DNA of 64,000 nucleotides from contig OZ241889.1 in the NCBI GenBank assembly GCA_965203355.1, forward strand, positions 2,208,001 through 2,272,000. The letters run 5' to 3'. This DNA comes from Candidatus Latescibacterota bacterium. GTDB lineage: Bacteria; Latescibacterota; UBA2968; UBA8231. A model generated the notes under the pieces. The model had not been told where the DNA came from. It made no database searches and worked only from the letters and a program-made list of their open reading frames with translations. The position numbers and the translations under genes are program-made. Below, one piece after another: positions 1 through 8,486 of this stretch; the first letter of the stretch is position 1, and every line of letters begins with the position of its first letter.

Positions 1-378
1 CGTGTCTTCCGGGTCTTTTTGCATTAAGTCAAAAAAGACCCGGAAAGCGATGCCAAATATCGTTGAAAAGATAGCGATACCAAAGTTCGTGATGATCGGG
101 GCAATCGTTTCGACAGCTTCGTCACTTGAGGAGAACTCAAAAAGCGACATCGCCAAGCTGACGAGAGTATATAAAAATCCAAGGTAATATAAGTTATCTC
201 CAACTTTACTGAGCTGAGATTGATGCTTTATATAATGATAGCACGCATAGACCAACATGATCGAGATCGGACAGGCAGTCACGAAAAACTGGCTCATGTC
301 CAGTAGCTTGAGAATTATGATCCCTGCTGCTCCTATCAGGGCAGCAATCATGAAAATGTTTGGATTCAATTTCGTCAT
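1..378 (-). CDS. Membrane protein with MotA/TolQ/ExbB-like TM signature (partial, runs off left edge)
   Basis: Not in the ORF track; translated by hand: MTKLNPNIFMIAALIGAAGIIILKLL...GDNLYYLGFLYTLVSLAMSLF...NFGIAIFSTIFGIAFRVFFDLMQKDPEDT. Open to base 1; its ATG overlaps the upstream TGA (ATGA, 375-378). Confidence 0.7.
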   Translation of the reverse strand, partial: MTKLNPNIFMIAALIGAAGIIILKLLDMSQFFVTACPISIMLVYACYHYIKHQSQLSKVGDNLYYLGFLYTLVSLAMSLFEFSSSDEAVETIAPIITNFGIAIFSTIFGIAFRVFFDLMQKDPEDT

Positions 379-1175
379 TCATTCATCCCGGAAGTTCTAA
401 GTACGCGCACTACTTGGCCTCCATGCTGAGAGAACCAAGACTGGAAGAATTTCAACAGAGGGCCACCGTCTCCCTGCTGCCGTTGCCGCCTTTGAATGAG
501 CCATAGTTCTATATCGACGCCCCGAAGATCGGGGTTTAAGCCGCGAGATTCATGGGTTTGCCGGAAGCGGCTGAAGTCTGGCGACCCTCGATAGAACGAA
601 CATACGTCACTATTTTGCATAAGATCTGAAATAACGATGAGACGCCGCGGAACGCTGCGCCGTTCGGTATCTTGGAAGTGCGTTAGAGAAACCGACTGAA
701 TAGACTCCATAATTGGCGACGATGGTGCTTCTTTTTCATCAAGCAGACTTTGCAGAACTTCTTCCATGGGCTGCCGGAATTTACGCTGCCAGTTTCGACT
801 AACTATTGCTTGGGATTGGATTAGCGGATCGACATCTTCTGGATCGCCGGGATTGCAAACCTTAATGATCGGCTCAAGGCTCTTTTCATGGGTGGATTCC
901 ACCGTAAAAAGGCTGATTTCGTGATTTTCTTTGACCGTATCTAACAGGTTCTTGATCTGAACCTTCAGATCGTCCTTAGTCTGAGTACTAAAGGAATCGG
1001 TGCGATCAAGTAAAAGGGCTGTAATTGAATACGGCCCCTCGGATCTGCAAAGAGTTGCGGGGTCCCGGACGATGGGCTCGGGTTTCAACAATACGAGAGC
1101 AACCACACCTCCGAGAACTAGGGCGATCATCGCCCCGCCTGCGATGTAGTTTACGTTTATGTATTTTGATGACAT
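375..1175 (-). CDS. Membrane-anchored VWA-like domain protein
   Basis: N-terminal TM helix; MIDAS-like LLDRTDS, SPIMESI and LIVISDLMQNS motifs. Likely start MSSKY at 1175 rather than 1268. Confidence 0.65.
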   Translation of the reverse strand: MSSKYINVNYIAGGAMIALVLGGVVALVLLKPEPIVRDPATLCRSEGPYSITALLLDRTDSFSTQTKDDLKVQIKNLLDTVKENHEISLFTVESTHEKSLEPIIKVCNPGDPEDVDPLIQSQAIVSRNWQRKFRQPMEEVLQSLLDEKEAPSSPIMESIQSVSLTHFQDTERRSVPRRLIVISDLMQNSDVCSFYRGSPDFSRFRQTHESRGLNPDLRGVDIELWLIQRRQRQQGDGGPLLKFFQSWFSQHGGQVVRVLRTSGMNE

Positions 1176-1206
1176 GACGGCTCTTTCCAATAGTTTGCAA
1201 CTGGGC

Positions 1207-2613
1207 TTATTCGGTTGATGCTGATAGGCGATGCCCTGCCAATTTTCGCAAATCCCTACAGACAGCATCGTATTCTTTTAACAGTTCCTTCTCGCCGTTA
1301 TCAACTCTTGCTCTCGTACCAGAAATGACCTCTTTAATTTCTTCGAGTTTCGGCAAATCCTCTGGCAAGGCCCTGTCTATTGGCGATAATTCTTTGATTT
1401 TCCATGGGTCATTGAAGCGGTCAGGTGCTTCTCCACCTCGTGTCTCACGGTTGATCGATCGGTAGCGTTTGAGCAAGCGATTTCCTATCTGCTCCAAGTC
1501 GTTTAGGTAATCCTCATATAATTTGATAACGTGCCTATGGCCGTCTAAGATCGAAGCGCGTTCCACTTCTAATCCCATGAGTCTTTGTATGATGCTGTTC
1601 AGTTTTGCGACAACTTCATTAAATATCCTTTCTAGTTCTTTTAAATGATTGTCATAAGCATCTTTGTAGTTTTTATACTCACCCTCATAGCGAAAAAACA
1701 CCTTTCCATAACCGGGATAGGAGTCGCCGTCCCATTTTATGCCATCAATAAAGCTAATAATTGCAAAAAGGAACCCCATACAGAACAGCATCCATGACTG
1801 GAACTCCCTTAGCCCCAATGGATTCTCGAGAAAAGCGGACATGGCGAGTTGTCCGCCTTCGTCGAGTATGGTTCCCGTTATTTCTCGATAGTGTGCAACC
1901 ATTAGGTTAAAGAAGAATGCAAAGACTACAAATGCAATTGCGGCGAGGATGCCCGCTGATTTTCTACTCCACTTAATATGATGACAGTTGGCAATAAGCC
2001 GCCCGAGTAAGAAAGCGACGCCGAGGTTGGCAAACGAAATAACAATGGCCTCAGTATAGGCACCGAATAGCCCCAGTTCGTTGCCCTTTGCCAGAAAGGA
2101 GGCGTTACCCAAGGTTTCAATGAGAAAGAGCACGGCGATAATACCTGAAGCAAATAACCCGTATCCCTCACGGTGCTTACTCGCCTCACGATCTATGTTA
2201 TTCTTCTTCTGAAAATCCTTCAAGCGATATTCTGCTTTTTTTAGCAGAGGTCGTCTTGCTCGCAAATCCGTAATAGCCTTTTCAGCCGCCTTCTTGAGTT
2301 TTTCTCTACCAATGCGAATTTCGCTATCAATAGAGTCATCGCGGAATGATGGGATGATCTTGATAAGACGCTTTCGGTCTGAAGTTAGTTGTATGTCACT
2401 TGTGTCCTTTGCTTTTGATTGATATTCTTCGATTTTCTCGACAATCTTCACTTCGGTTTTATCGAAGTCTGTACTGTCTAGCAAAGGCAGTCCCTGTTTC
2501 CCCGCTTCTATAGCTTCTTCCTCTATATGTAAATCGGCTGCTATCTTATTTGCGGAGATTTTCTCAAACAGATCAGTTGGCATCTCGTAGTTCTCCTTTA
2601 TGGGTTCGCTCAC
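1207..2613 (-). CDS. Coiled-coil protein with about 4 central TM helices, function unknown
   Basis: 468-aa ORF with charged helical N- and C-terminal regions flanking a hydrophobic core; low GC. Confidence 0.75.
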   Translation of the reverse strand: MSEPIKENYEMPTDLFEKISANKIAADLHIEEEAIEAGKQGLPLLDSTDFDKTEVKIVEKIEEYQSKAKDTSDIQLTSDRKRLIKIIPSFRDDSIDSEIRIGREKLKKAAEKAITDLRARRPLLKKAEYRLKDFQKKNNIDREASKHREGYGLFASGIIAVLFLIETLGNASFLAKGNELGLFGAYTEAIVISFANLGVAFLLGRLIANCHHIKWSRKSAGILAAIAFVVFAFFFNLMVAHYREITGTILDEGGQLAMSAFLENPLGLREFQSWMLFCMGFLFAIISFIDGIKWDGDSYPGYGKVFFRYEGEYKNYKDAYDNHLKELERIFNEVVAKLNSIIQRLMGLEVERASILDGHRHVIKLYEDYLNDLEQIGNRLLKRYRSINRETRGGEAPDRFNDPWKIKELSPIDRALPEDLPKLEEIKEVISGTRARVDNGEKELLKEYDAVCRDLRKLAGHRLSASTE

Positions 2614-2678
2614 TACCCAATGGCTTTTGATTTACCAGCGGGCATAAGGATGCAAAGACCCAGCCGCGGGCCGGGCCA

Positions 2679-2810
2679 TGTGTGCATCTCACAGGTTTTT
2701 TGGAGAAGTTCTGCCTATTCGCCGGGCTTCAGGGAGCTACCCTGTGCCGAATCAGGCTGTTTTATTTAACAGATAACCCGACGGTCGCGGGTACCTGCTT
2801 GATGCACACA
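2679..2810 (-). ncRNA. Putative structured RNA (multi-stem leader or small RNA)
   Basis: Closing stem TGTGTGCATC-aag-CAGGT / ACCTG-tga-GATGCACACA encloses three hairpins; the 5' end coincides with the predicted +1. Confidence 0.5.
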
Positions 2811-2816
2811 GAGAAC

Positions 2817-2846
2817 AATATATAAACCAAAAACCTTCTTTGTCAA
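2817..2846 (-). promoter_or_regulatory. Sigma70-type promoter for the island operon
   Basis: TTGACA (2846-2841), 18-nt spacer, TATATT (2822-2817). Confidence 0.6.
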
Positions 2847-2872
2847 AAAATTATTTGTTCTCGGATGCGGTC

Positions 2873-3067
2873 GGTGAGGTGATGGCGTTGGATGCGGCCC
2901 GTTCAACGTATATGGGTCGGCCGACAAGATCGTGCTGCTGGGGGTGGAGGACTTGGTCGTGGTGGATACTGAAGACGCGCTGCTGGTGTGCGCGAAAGGG
3001 GGCGGCGCAAAAGGTGAAAGACGCGGTGGACTATCTCCGAGAGCAGCGGCGCGAGAAGTACCTCTAG
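2873..3067 (+). pseudogene. manC: 3' fragment of mannose-1-phosphate guanylyltransferase, frameshifted
   Basis: Joining frames gives GEVMALDA...DKIVLLGVEDLVVVDTEDALLVCAKGAAQKVKDAVDYLREQRREKYL*, typical of the ManC C-terminus; no 5' part present. Confidence 0.7.
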
Positions 3068-3069
3068 GT

Positions 3070-3828
3070 TCACTCCACGTCGAGTATATAACGCGCTAGC
3101 GGCGAGAGCCGTTGGGCCGTTTGTGGCCGCAGGTATTCGCGCTGGTTGGTCTGCTGGGGGTGCTCGCGGGCGATAAAGGCGCAGTGCAAGGTGCGGCGGG
3201 GCCTGCTGCTGTCGTTGCGATAGGCGCTGTGCCACAGGCTGCCGTTGAATACGGCGACCGAGCCAGCGCGGCCCGTTAGCTGCACTTGCTCGGGGTGATC
3301 GGCCAAGCGATCGGCTATGTAGTCGGTGATTCTGCCGGGTTTGCGGTGGCTGCCGGGGACGCAGCGGGTCGCGCCATTGGCCGCGGTGAAATCGTCGAGC
3401 ATCCACACCGAGTTGACGACGTGATACAGCCCGCCGGGCCCGGTGGGTTGCCCCCAATCGGCGTGCAGGATCTGCAAGCCGCTGCCGGGCAGTGGATCGT
3501 GTCCGTTGAGCGAGTGTAGCTTAAACGGACGCTGCAAGACGTGAAAGACCGCTGTCAGCAGGGCGGGCTGTAGATACACCGCGTCGAAAACCGTTCCCTT
3601 GTTGACCAAATCGGCGAGGCGGCGGACGCCCTCCATCTGGGCCACCTCAGTGCCGGCTTGGTTGCCCTCGCGGGCAAAGATCGCGTCAAAAGCATGGCGC
3701 AACTCGGCCAGCCACTCGGGGGCTATGACCTCTTCCAAGATGGTGAAACCGCTGGTGTCTAGCGCGCTGTATTGCGCGGGCGTCAGGGGTTGGGGGACGA
3801 ACCCCCGTTGCAACAGTTCGCGGTCCAA
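3070..3828 (-). CDS. Phytanoyl-CoA dioxygenase (PhyH) family Fe/2OG oxygenase
   Basis: HADW (HxD), NGAT..VPGSH and distal WH motifs. Confidence 0.88.
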   Translation of the reverse strand: MDRELLQRGFVPQPLTPAQYSALDTSGFTILEEVIAPEWLAELRHAFDAIFAREGNQAGTEVAQMEGVRRLADLVNKGTVFDAVYLQPALLTAVFHVLQRPFKLHSLNGHDPLPGSGLQILHADWGQPTGPGGLYHVVNSVWMLDDFTAANGATRCVPGSHRKPGRITDYIADRLADHPEQVQLTGRAGSVAVFNGSLWHSAYRNDSSRPRRTLHCAFIAREHPQQTNQREYLRPQTAQRLSPLARYILDVE

Positions 3829-3845
3829 AGAGAATGCTCCCTCGT

Positions 3846-5012
3846 TTAGCTGTCAGCTTGTTGTTGCGCGAATTCGCAGATGGCGGTCACGCCGCGGCAG
3901 ATGTGCTCTTCGGAAGCGGCGATGGAGATGCGCACGTGGTCGCGGCACATCTGGCCGAAGGTGCTGCCTGGAGCCACGGCCACGCGCTTTTCTTTGAGCA
4001 GCCGGACGGCGAATTCGCTGGAGTTCATGCCGGCCGCGGCAATGTCGATCATCAGGTAGATTGCCCCGCCTGGCGTGTAGCGGTACAAGCCGTATTCCCG
4101 CAGGACATCGAGGGCTGTGTCGCGGCGGCGGGCATAAGCGCGGCACATGGTGTCCACGTCGTCTTGCGGGCCGTCGAGCGCGTCGGCTGACGCGAGCTGG
4201 GAAAAGCCCGTGCCGCACGAGACAAAAGGCTCTTGTAGCTTGGCGGCCAATTCGATGTACTTGGGATTGGCGCGGGTAAAGCCCACTCGGTAGCCGGTCA
4301 TGGCGTAGCTTTTGGACATGCCAGAGACGACGATGGCGCGTCCGTCGGCGTCGTGCGGCAGCGCGCTCTGGTGCGGTTGGTCGAAGACGATCTGACCGTA
4401 GATCTCGTCGGAAAGCACCCACAAGTCGTGGCGCTGGGCCAAGTCCATGAGCCGGCGCATCAGGGCCTCGTCGTACACTTGGCCGGTAGGGTTGGAGGGC
4501 GTGCAGAGGAGGAGGAGTTTGGTGCGCGGACTGACTCGACGCTCGATCTCGTCAAGGTCGGGCAAGAAGTGGTTTTCCGCCCGCAAATTGTAAAAGACGG
4601 GCTGGCCGTGGACGATGGAGACGGCCATCTCGTAGTTGGGCCAACCGGGGTCGGGCAACAGAACCTCGTCGCCCGGTTCGAGCAGGGCGAGGAATGCGGT
4701 CGCTACGCTCATGACCGCCCCGGGCGTGACGAGGATGTTTTCGCTGGTGGTCGGCACGCCGGTGCGGCGCTCGAAGTAGCGCGCGGCGGCGGCGCGCAAC
4801 GCATCGACGCCAGCGTTGGGGACGTACTTGGTGTGGCCGGTGTGCGCGTAGCGACAGGTGGCTTCGACAATGGACGCTGGCGTGGCAAAATCGGGTTGAC
4901 CGACTTCGAGATGGATGACCTCGCCGGTCTTTTCGACGGCCCAGGCCAAGTCCATGATCGCGCGGATGCCCGAGCGGGGAAGGGCGGCGGGGATGCGGGC
5001 AAAAGGCTTCAT
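3846..5012 (-). CDS. PLP-dependent aminotransferase class I/II (aspartate aminotransferase-like)
   Basis: GQPDF, PSNPTG, SDEIY and SKSYAMTGYRVG motifs; start MKPF at 5012 has an ATGA overlap with the upstream gene. Confidence 0.92.
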   Translation of the reverse strand: MKPFARIPAALPRSGIRAIMDLAWAVEKTGEVIHLEVGQPDFATPASIVEATCRYAHTGHTKYVPNAGVDALRAAAARYFERRTGVPTTSENILVTPGAVMSVATAFLALLEPGDEVLLPDPGWPNYEMAVSIVHGQPVFYNLRAENHFLPDLDEIERRVSPRTKLLLLCTPSNPTGQVYDEALMRRLMDLAQRHDLWVLSDEIYGQIVFDQPHQSALPHDADGRAIVVSGMSKSYAMTGYRVGFTRANPKYIELAAKLQEPFVSCGTGFSQLASADALDGPQDDVDTMCRAYARRRDTALDVLREYGLYRYTPGGAIYLMIDIAAAGMNSSEFAVRLLKEKRVAVAPGSTFGQMCRDHVRISIAASEEHICRGVTAICEFAQQQADS

Positions 5013-5806
5013 CGGAGGTGGATGCCCGGGCCGGTCGCGCCGATCATCTGCACGGTGTTGTATATGGAGGCGGGCGTCGAGGCGCCAGTGACGCCGGTGA
5101 TGCCTTCGGTGCGCGCGACCTTGAGGTCGAGGCCCGGGCCTTGGGCATGGATTTCGACGATGGCTTCGCTCCACTGCGGGCTTACCAACAACAGCGAATG
5201 GGTGCGGTCGAAGCCGAGGCCAGCATACGCGATGGCTGCGTGGGTGTTGACGTTGCGCGGGAAGAGCGGGCAGATGCCGCGCGTCGGGCCATCGTAGAGG
5301 ACCGTTTCTTCTTTAATGTCGTCAGGGTCGAGGCCGGCGGCCGCGCAATCGACGTTGTGTGGCGGCTTTTTCATCACCACCTCCACCGACTCCCACACGT
5401 CGCGGTTTTCCAACAGCGCGTCCATGCCGACCACGCCTCCGTGCGGGACAAAGGCGCGGGTGCCAGCGCGGCGGGTCGTCTCCTCAATGGTGGCTTCGAC
5501 GGCGCGGTCGGCGAGGGCGGTCACCGAGATGAACATGTAGTTGGTTTTTTCGAGAATCGTCTGGCCCCACTGGCGGGTGACGTCCGGGTGGGCCATCTCG
5601 ACGACGAGGTCGGGTTGCCGCGATTCAAAGTCGCTCAAATCCGCTAGGCCGAGGTCGGCGGGGAAGTTTTGCAAGGCCGCGGCCATTTGATCGTGGACGA
5701 AGACGACCTCCATGCCGTTGTCTGCGTCGGCGTCTATCATCTTGTGGACCGCTTGGCCGATCTGGCCGTAGCCGATTAGGCCGATGCGAGTCAATTGTTG
5801 GCGCAT
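5009..5806 (-). CDS. L-aspartate dehydrogenase (NadX/DUF108)-like oxidoreductase
   Basis: Rossmann IGYGQIG, GGVVGMD and FPRNVN motifs; start MRQQL at 5806 with GAGGAG RBS. Confidence 0.75.
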   Translation of the reverse strand: MRQQLTRIGLIGYGQIGQAVHKMIDADADNGMEVVFVHDQMAAALQNFPADLGLADLSDFESRQPDLVVEMAHPDVTRQWGQTILEKTNYMFISVTALADRAVEATIEETTRRAGTRAFVPHGGVVGMDALLENRDVWESVEVVMKKPPHNVDCAAAGLDPDDIKEETVLYDGPTRGICPLFPRNVNTHAAIAYAGLGFDRTHSLLLVSPQWSEAIVEIHAQGPGLDLKVARTEGITGVTGASTPASIYNTVQMIGATGPGIHLR

Positions 5807-5910
5807 AGTTTTGCTCCTCAAAACAAGGTGAAGGCGGAAGTAGCGAATATAGGCACTCGCCAAGGATATGGCGAACAAAGGGCGCGTCGAATCAAAGCTA
5901 TGGTGTTTGC

Positions 5911-8313
5911 CTATTTGCGCTCGGCGATTTTGCAGACCCAGATGCTGATTTCGTAGAGCAGGAGCAGGGGCAGAGCCATGAGAAGTTGGGAGACCGGATC
6001 GGGCGGCGTGAAAATCGCGCCGAGGACGAAGATGCCGATGATGGCATAGCGGCGGATATGGCGCATCCGCGCGGCGGTCAGTACGCCGACCTTGGCCAAG
6101 AAGAGCGACAGCACCGGCATTTCAAAGACGATGCCAAAGCCGGCTATGAGCCGCAGCACAAAGCCTATGTACTCGTCGGCCGCCCATTGCGAGGTCATGT
6201 CGGGCGGCTCTAGTGCGAGGAAAAAGCGCAGCCCGAGCGGGAGGACGATGTAATAGGCGATCAGGGTGCCGACCGAAAAGCAGAGGACGCTCAGCGAGAT
6301 AATGGGCAGCACGAGCCGTTTCTCGCGCTGCAAAAGCCCTGGGGCGACAAAGTGCCAAGCTTGGTAGAAGATGATCGGCAGGGCCAGCAGCAGCCCGCCG
6401 ACAAAGGCGATTTGCAAGCTGATGAAGAAGTAGGTCATGGGCCGGAGGGCTTGCAGCCGACGCGCTGGGGGCAGGTCGGTGCTGGGCGCGTCCGGTTCGG
6501 GCGCACTATCGGGTGGTCCCAACCACTGACTCACCAGCTTCTTGATCGCCCGCACCGCGCCCGAGGATTGCTGGCTTTCCAAACTGAGGACGGCCTCTTC
6601 GTATGGCCGGGTCAAAAGTTGCACGATCGAGTCGGAGAAGGCAAAGCAGATCACCGCGCCCACGGCGAGCGCGGCTAGGGCCTTGAGAATGCGCCAGCGG
6701 AGTTCTTCGAGGTGGTCGAGAAAGGGCATGTTGGCCGCTCGGGGCGCGTCTGGTGCGGGTTCGTCTTGATCGGCCGTTGGCTCGCGGGTGGGGCGGGGCT
6801 CGCGGAAACGGGCGACAAAAGCGACTAGCGCGATCAGCAGGCAGCCCACGGCGAACAGGTCGCCGTGCCGCGTGTAGAAGGTCGCGGGTTGGCCGACCGG
6901 CACGGTGGCCACGGCGACCGCCGGGGTGAAAAGGTCGGTCGCCTCGTAGGTGCGGCCAAATGGGTCGATGAACAAGGAGATGCCGGTGGTGGCGGAGCGG
7001 GCGATGGCTGTGCGGTTTTCAATGGCGCGCATGGCGTTGATGAGCGCGTGTTGGTAGGGGCCGGCGCTGCGGCCAAACCATGAGTCATTCGTGATATTGA
7101 CCAGTACGCGCGCCCCAGCCGCCACGTGCTGGCGCACCAGATCGGGAAAGATGGACTCAAAGCAGATGAGCACGGCAAAAGGGTGCCGAGGATGGGCAAA
7201 AACCGCATGCTCGGTGCCGCGTGCAAACTCGGCCGGGCCGAGATCGCCAGTCAGGCGGGTCCAGTCGATGTCGCGCAGCAGCGGGATCGCGTCGCGGTAA
7301 GGCGTCCGCTCGCCAAAGGGCACTAAGTGCATCTTAGCGTACGAAGGCAGCGATCCGGCTCCGGGTTGGACGAAGAAGGCTGCGTTGTAGTTGGCGTGCG
7401 GCGCGCCGGTCAGCAAGGGGATGTCCAACTCCTCGACGAGTGCTTGGACGCGGCTTCGGCAACCAGCCTGGCGCACGGGGTCGCACGGCACGGCCGTCTC
7501 GGGCCAGACTAGTAGCTCTGGATCGCGCTTGGCCGCTTGGCGCGAGAGCGTAGCGAGGGCTGAGAAAGTGCGCTCCAGCCCGTTAGGACCCCACTTGTCG
7601 GCGTATGTAGTGTTGGGTTGAATCAGGCCGATGCGCAAGCCCCCGTCCGAGACGGCTGTCGCTAGGGTGCTCTGGGCGTGGAGCCAAGGCAAGAGATAGC
7701 CCAAGGCAACGCCCACGAAAAAGACGCGCCGCTCGACGAGTGCTAGGTAGAGTAGCGCGTTGAGGCCGACGACCCAGCAGGAGACGCCAAAGACACCGGT
7801 CCAAGCGGCGTACTGGATGAAGTGCGGCAAGGCGGCTTGGCTGTGCCCCAATAGGAGCCAAGGAAAACCCAACTCCCCGAGCGAGAGCAGATATTCCTGC
7901 CCGGTCCATAATAAAGGTAGCAGCCCGAGTGCCTTCGCTCCCCACCGTGCGGCGAGCCCGTTGAACAGCCCAGTGCAAAGGCCGGTAAAAAGGCCCAAAT
8001 AAGCGGCCATCAGTCCGGTGCCCCCGACGACGGCCAGCCCGCCGCCTTGGGTATAGGCCACCCAGTACAGGGACAGCAGGTTCCACGCGAACCCGCTGAC
8101 CCAACCCGCGGCAAAGCCCGCTTTGAAGCCGCGATCCTTCAGCACCAGTAGCAAAGGCACCAACGCACAATGGGCCCAGAGTGGATGATAGAGAAAGGCG
8201 AGTGGGTGATCAGGATGGCTGGGAAAAGCCAGTGACAGCAAGGCCCCGCTCAAGGCGGCGAGCAGCAGGCGGGAAAGCGGGGTTAGAGGCAGGACAAGGC
8301 GCGGATTAAACAT
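5911..8313 (-). CDS. lnt-tatC: Fusion of apolipoprotein N-acyltransferase (Lnt) and twin-arginine translocase TatC
   Basis: Lnt motifs GFPW, WPETA, KMHLVPFGE, ICFES and NDSWF; then TatC motifs MPFLDHLEELR, FVAPGL, FEMP, TPPDPVSQ and LLYE, all in one 800-aa frame. Confidence 0.9.
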   Translation of the reverse strand: MFNPRLVLPLTPLSRLLLAALSGALLSLAFPSHPDHPLAFLYHPLWAHCALVPLLLVLKDRGFKAGFAAGWVSGFAWNLLSLYWVAYTQGGGLAVVGGTGLMAAYLGLFTGLCTGLFNGLAARWGAKALGLLPLLWTGQEYLLSLGELGFPWLLLGHSQAALPHFIQYAAWTGVFGVSCWVVGLNALLYLALVERRVFFVGVALGYLLPWLHAQSTLATAVSDGGLRIGLIQPNTTYADKWGPNGLERTFSALATLSRQAAKRDPELLVWPETAVPCDPVRQAGCRSRVQALVEELDIPLLTGAPHANYNAAFFVQPGAGSLPSYAKMHLVPFGERTPYRDAIPLLRDIDWTRLTGDLGPAEFARGTEHAVFAHPRHPFAVLICFESIFPDLVRQHVAAGARVLVNITNDSWFGRSAGPYQHALINAMRAIENRTAIARSATTGISLFIDPFGRTYEATDLFTPAVAVATVPVGQPATFYTRHGDLFAVGCLLIALVAFVARFREPRPTREPTADQDEPAPDAPRAANMPFLDHLEELRWRILKALAALAVGAVICFAFSDSIVQLLTRPYEEAVLSLESQQSSGAVRAIKKLVSQWLGPPDSAPEPDAPSTDLPPARRLQALRPMTYFFISLQIAFVGGLLLALPIIFYQAWHFVAPGLLQREKRLVLPIISLSVLCFSVGTLIAYYIVLPLGLRFFLALEPPDMTSQWAADEYIGFVLRLIAGFGIVFEMPVLSLFLAKVGVLTAARMRHIRRYAIIGIFVLGAIFTPPDPVSQLLMALPLLLLYEISIWVCKIAERK

Positions 8314-8486
8314 TGGCAGTGGGAAGTAAGGTGCAAAAATATAGGAGGCCCCCCAAGGCGGAGCAAGATGCTGGCATAGATTCTGCTTTTATACGTCGGT
8401 TGAGCCTAGTGCCTAGGGGATAGTGGGGGCTAGACGATACATTCGCGTGGTTTTTTGTTACAACTTTGCCCAAGGAGGAACGCGCT

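Larger units (their letters stand above)
1..2860. mobile_element. Right end of a low-GC genomic island
   Basis: Visibly AT-richer than the rest of the window, with an abrupt change near 2860 next to a manC fragment; no integrase visible in the window. Confidence 0.55.

Noticed and set aside
2679-2810. 6S RNA, tRNA or integron attC identity for the structured element
   Set aside because: Short and too branched for typical 6S, no cloverleaf or T-loop, and no RYYYAAC/GTTRRRY ends. Left unassigned pending an Rfam scan.
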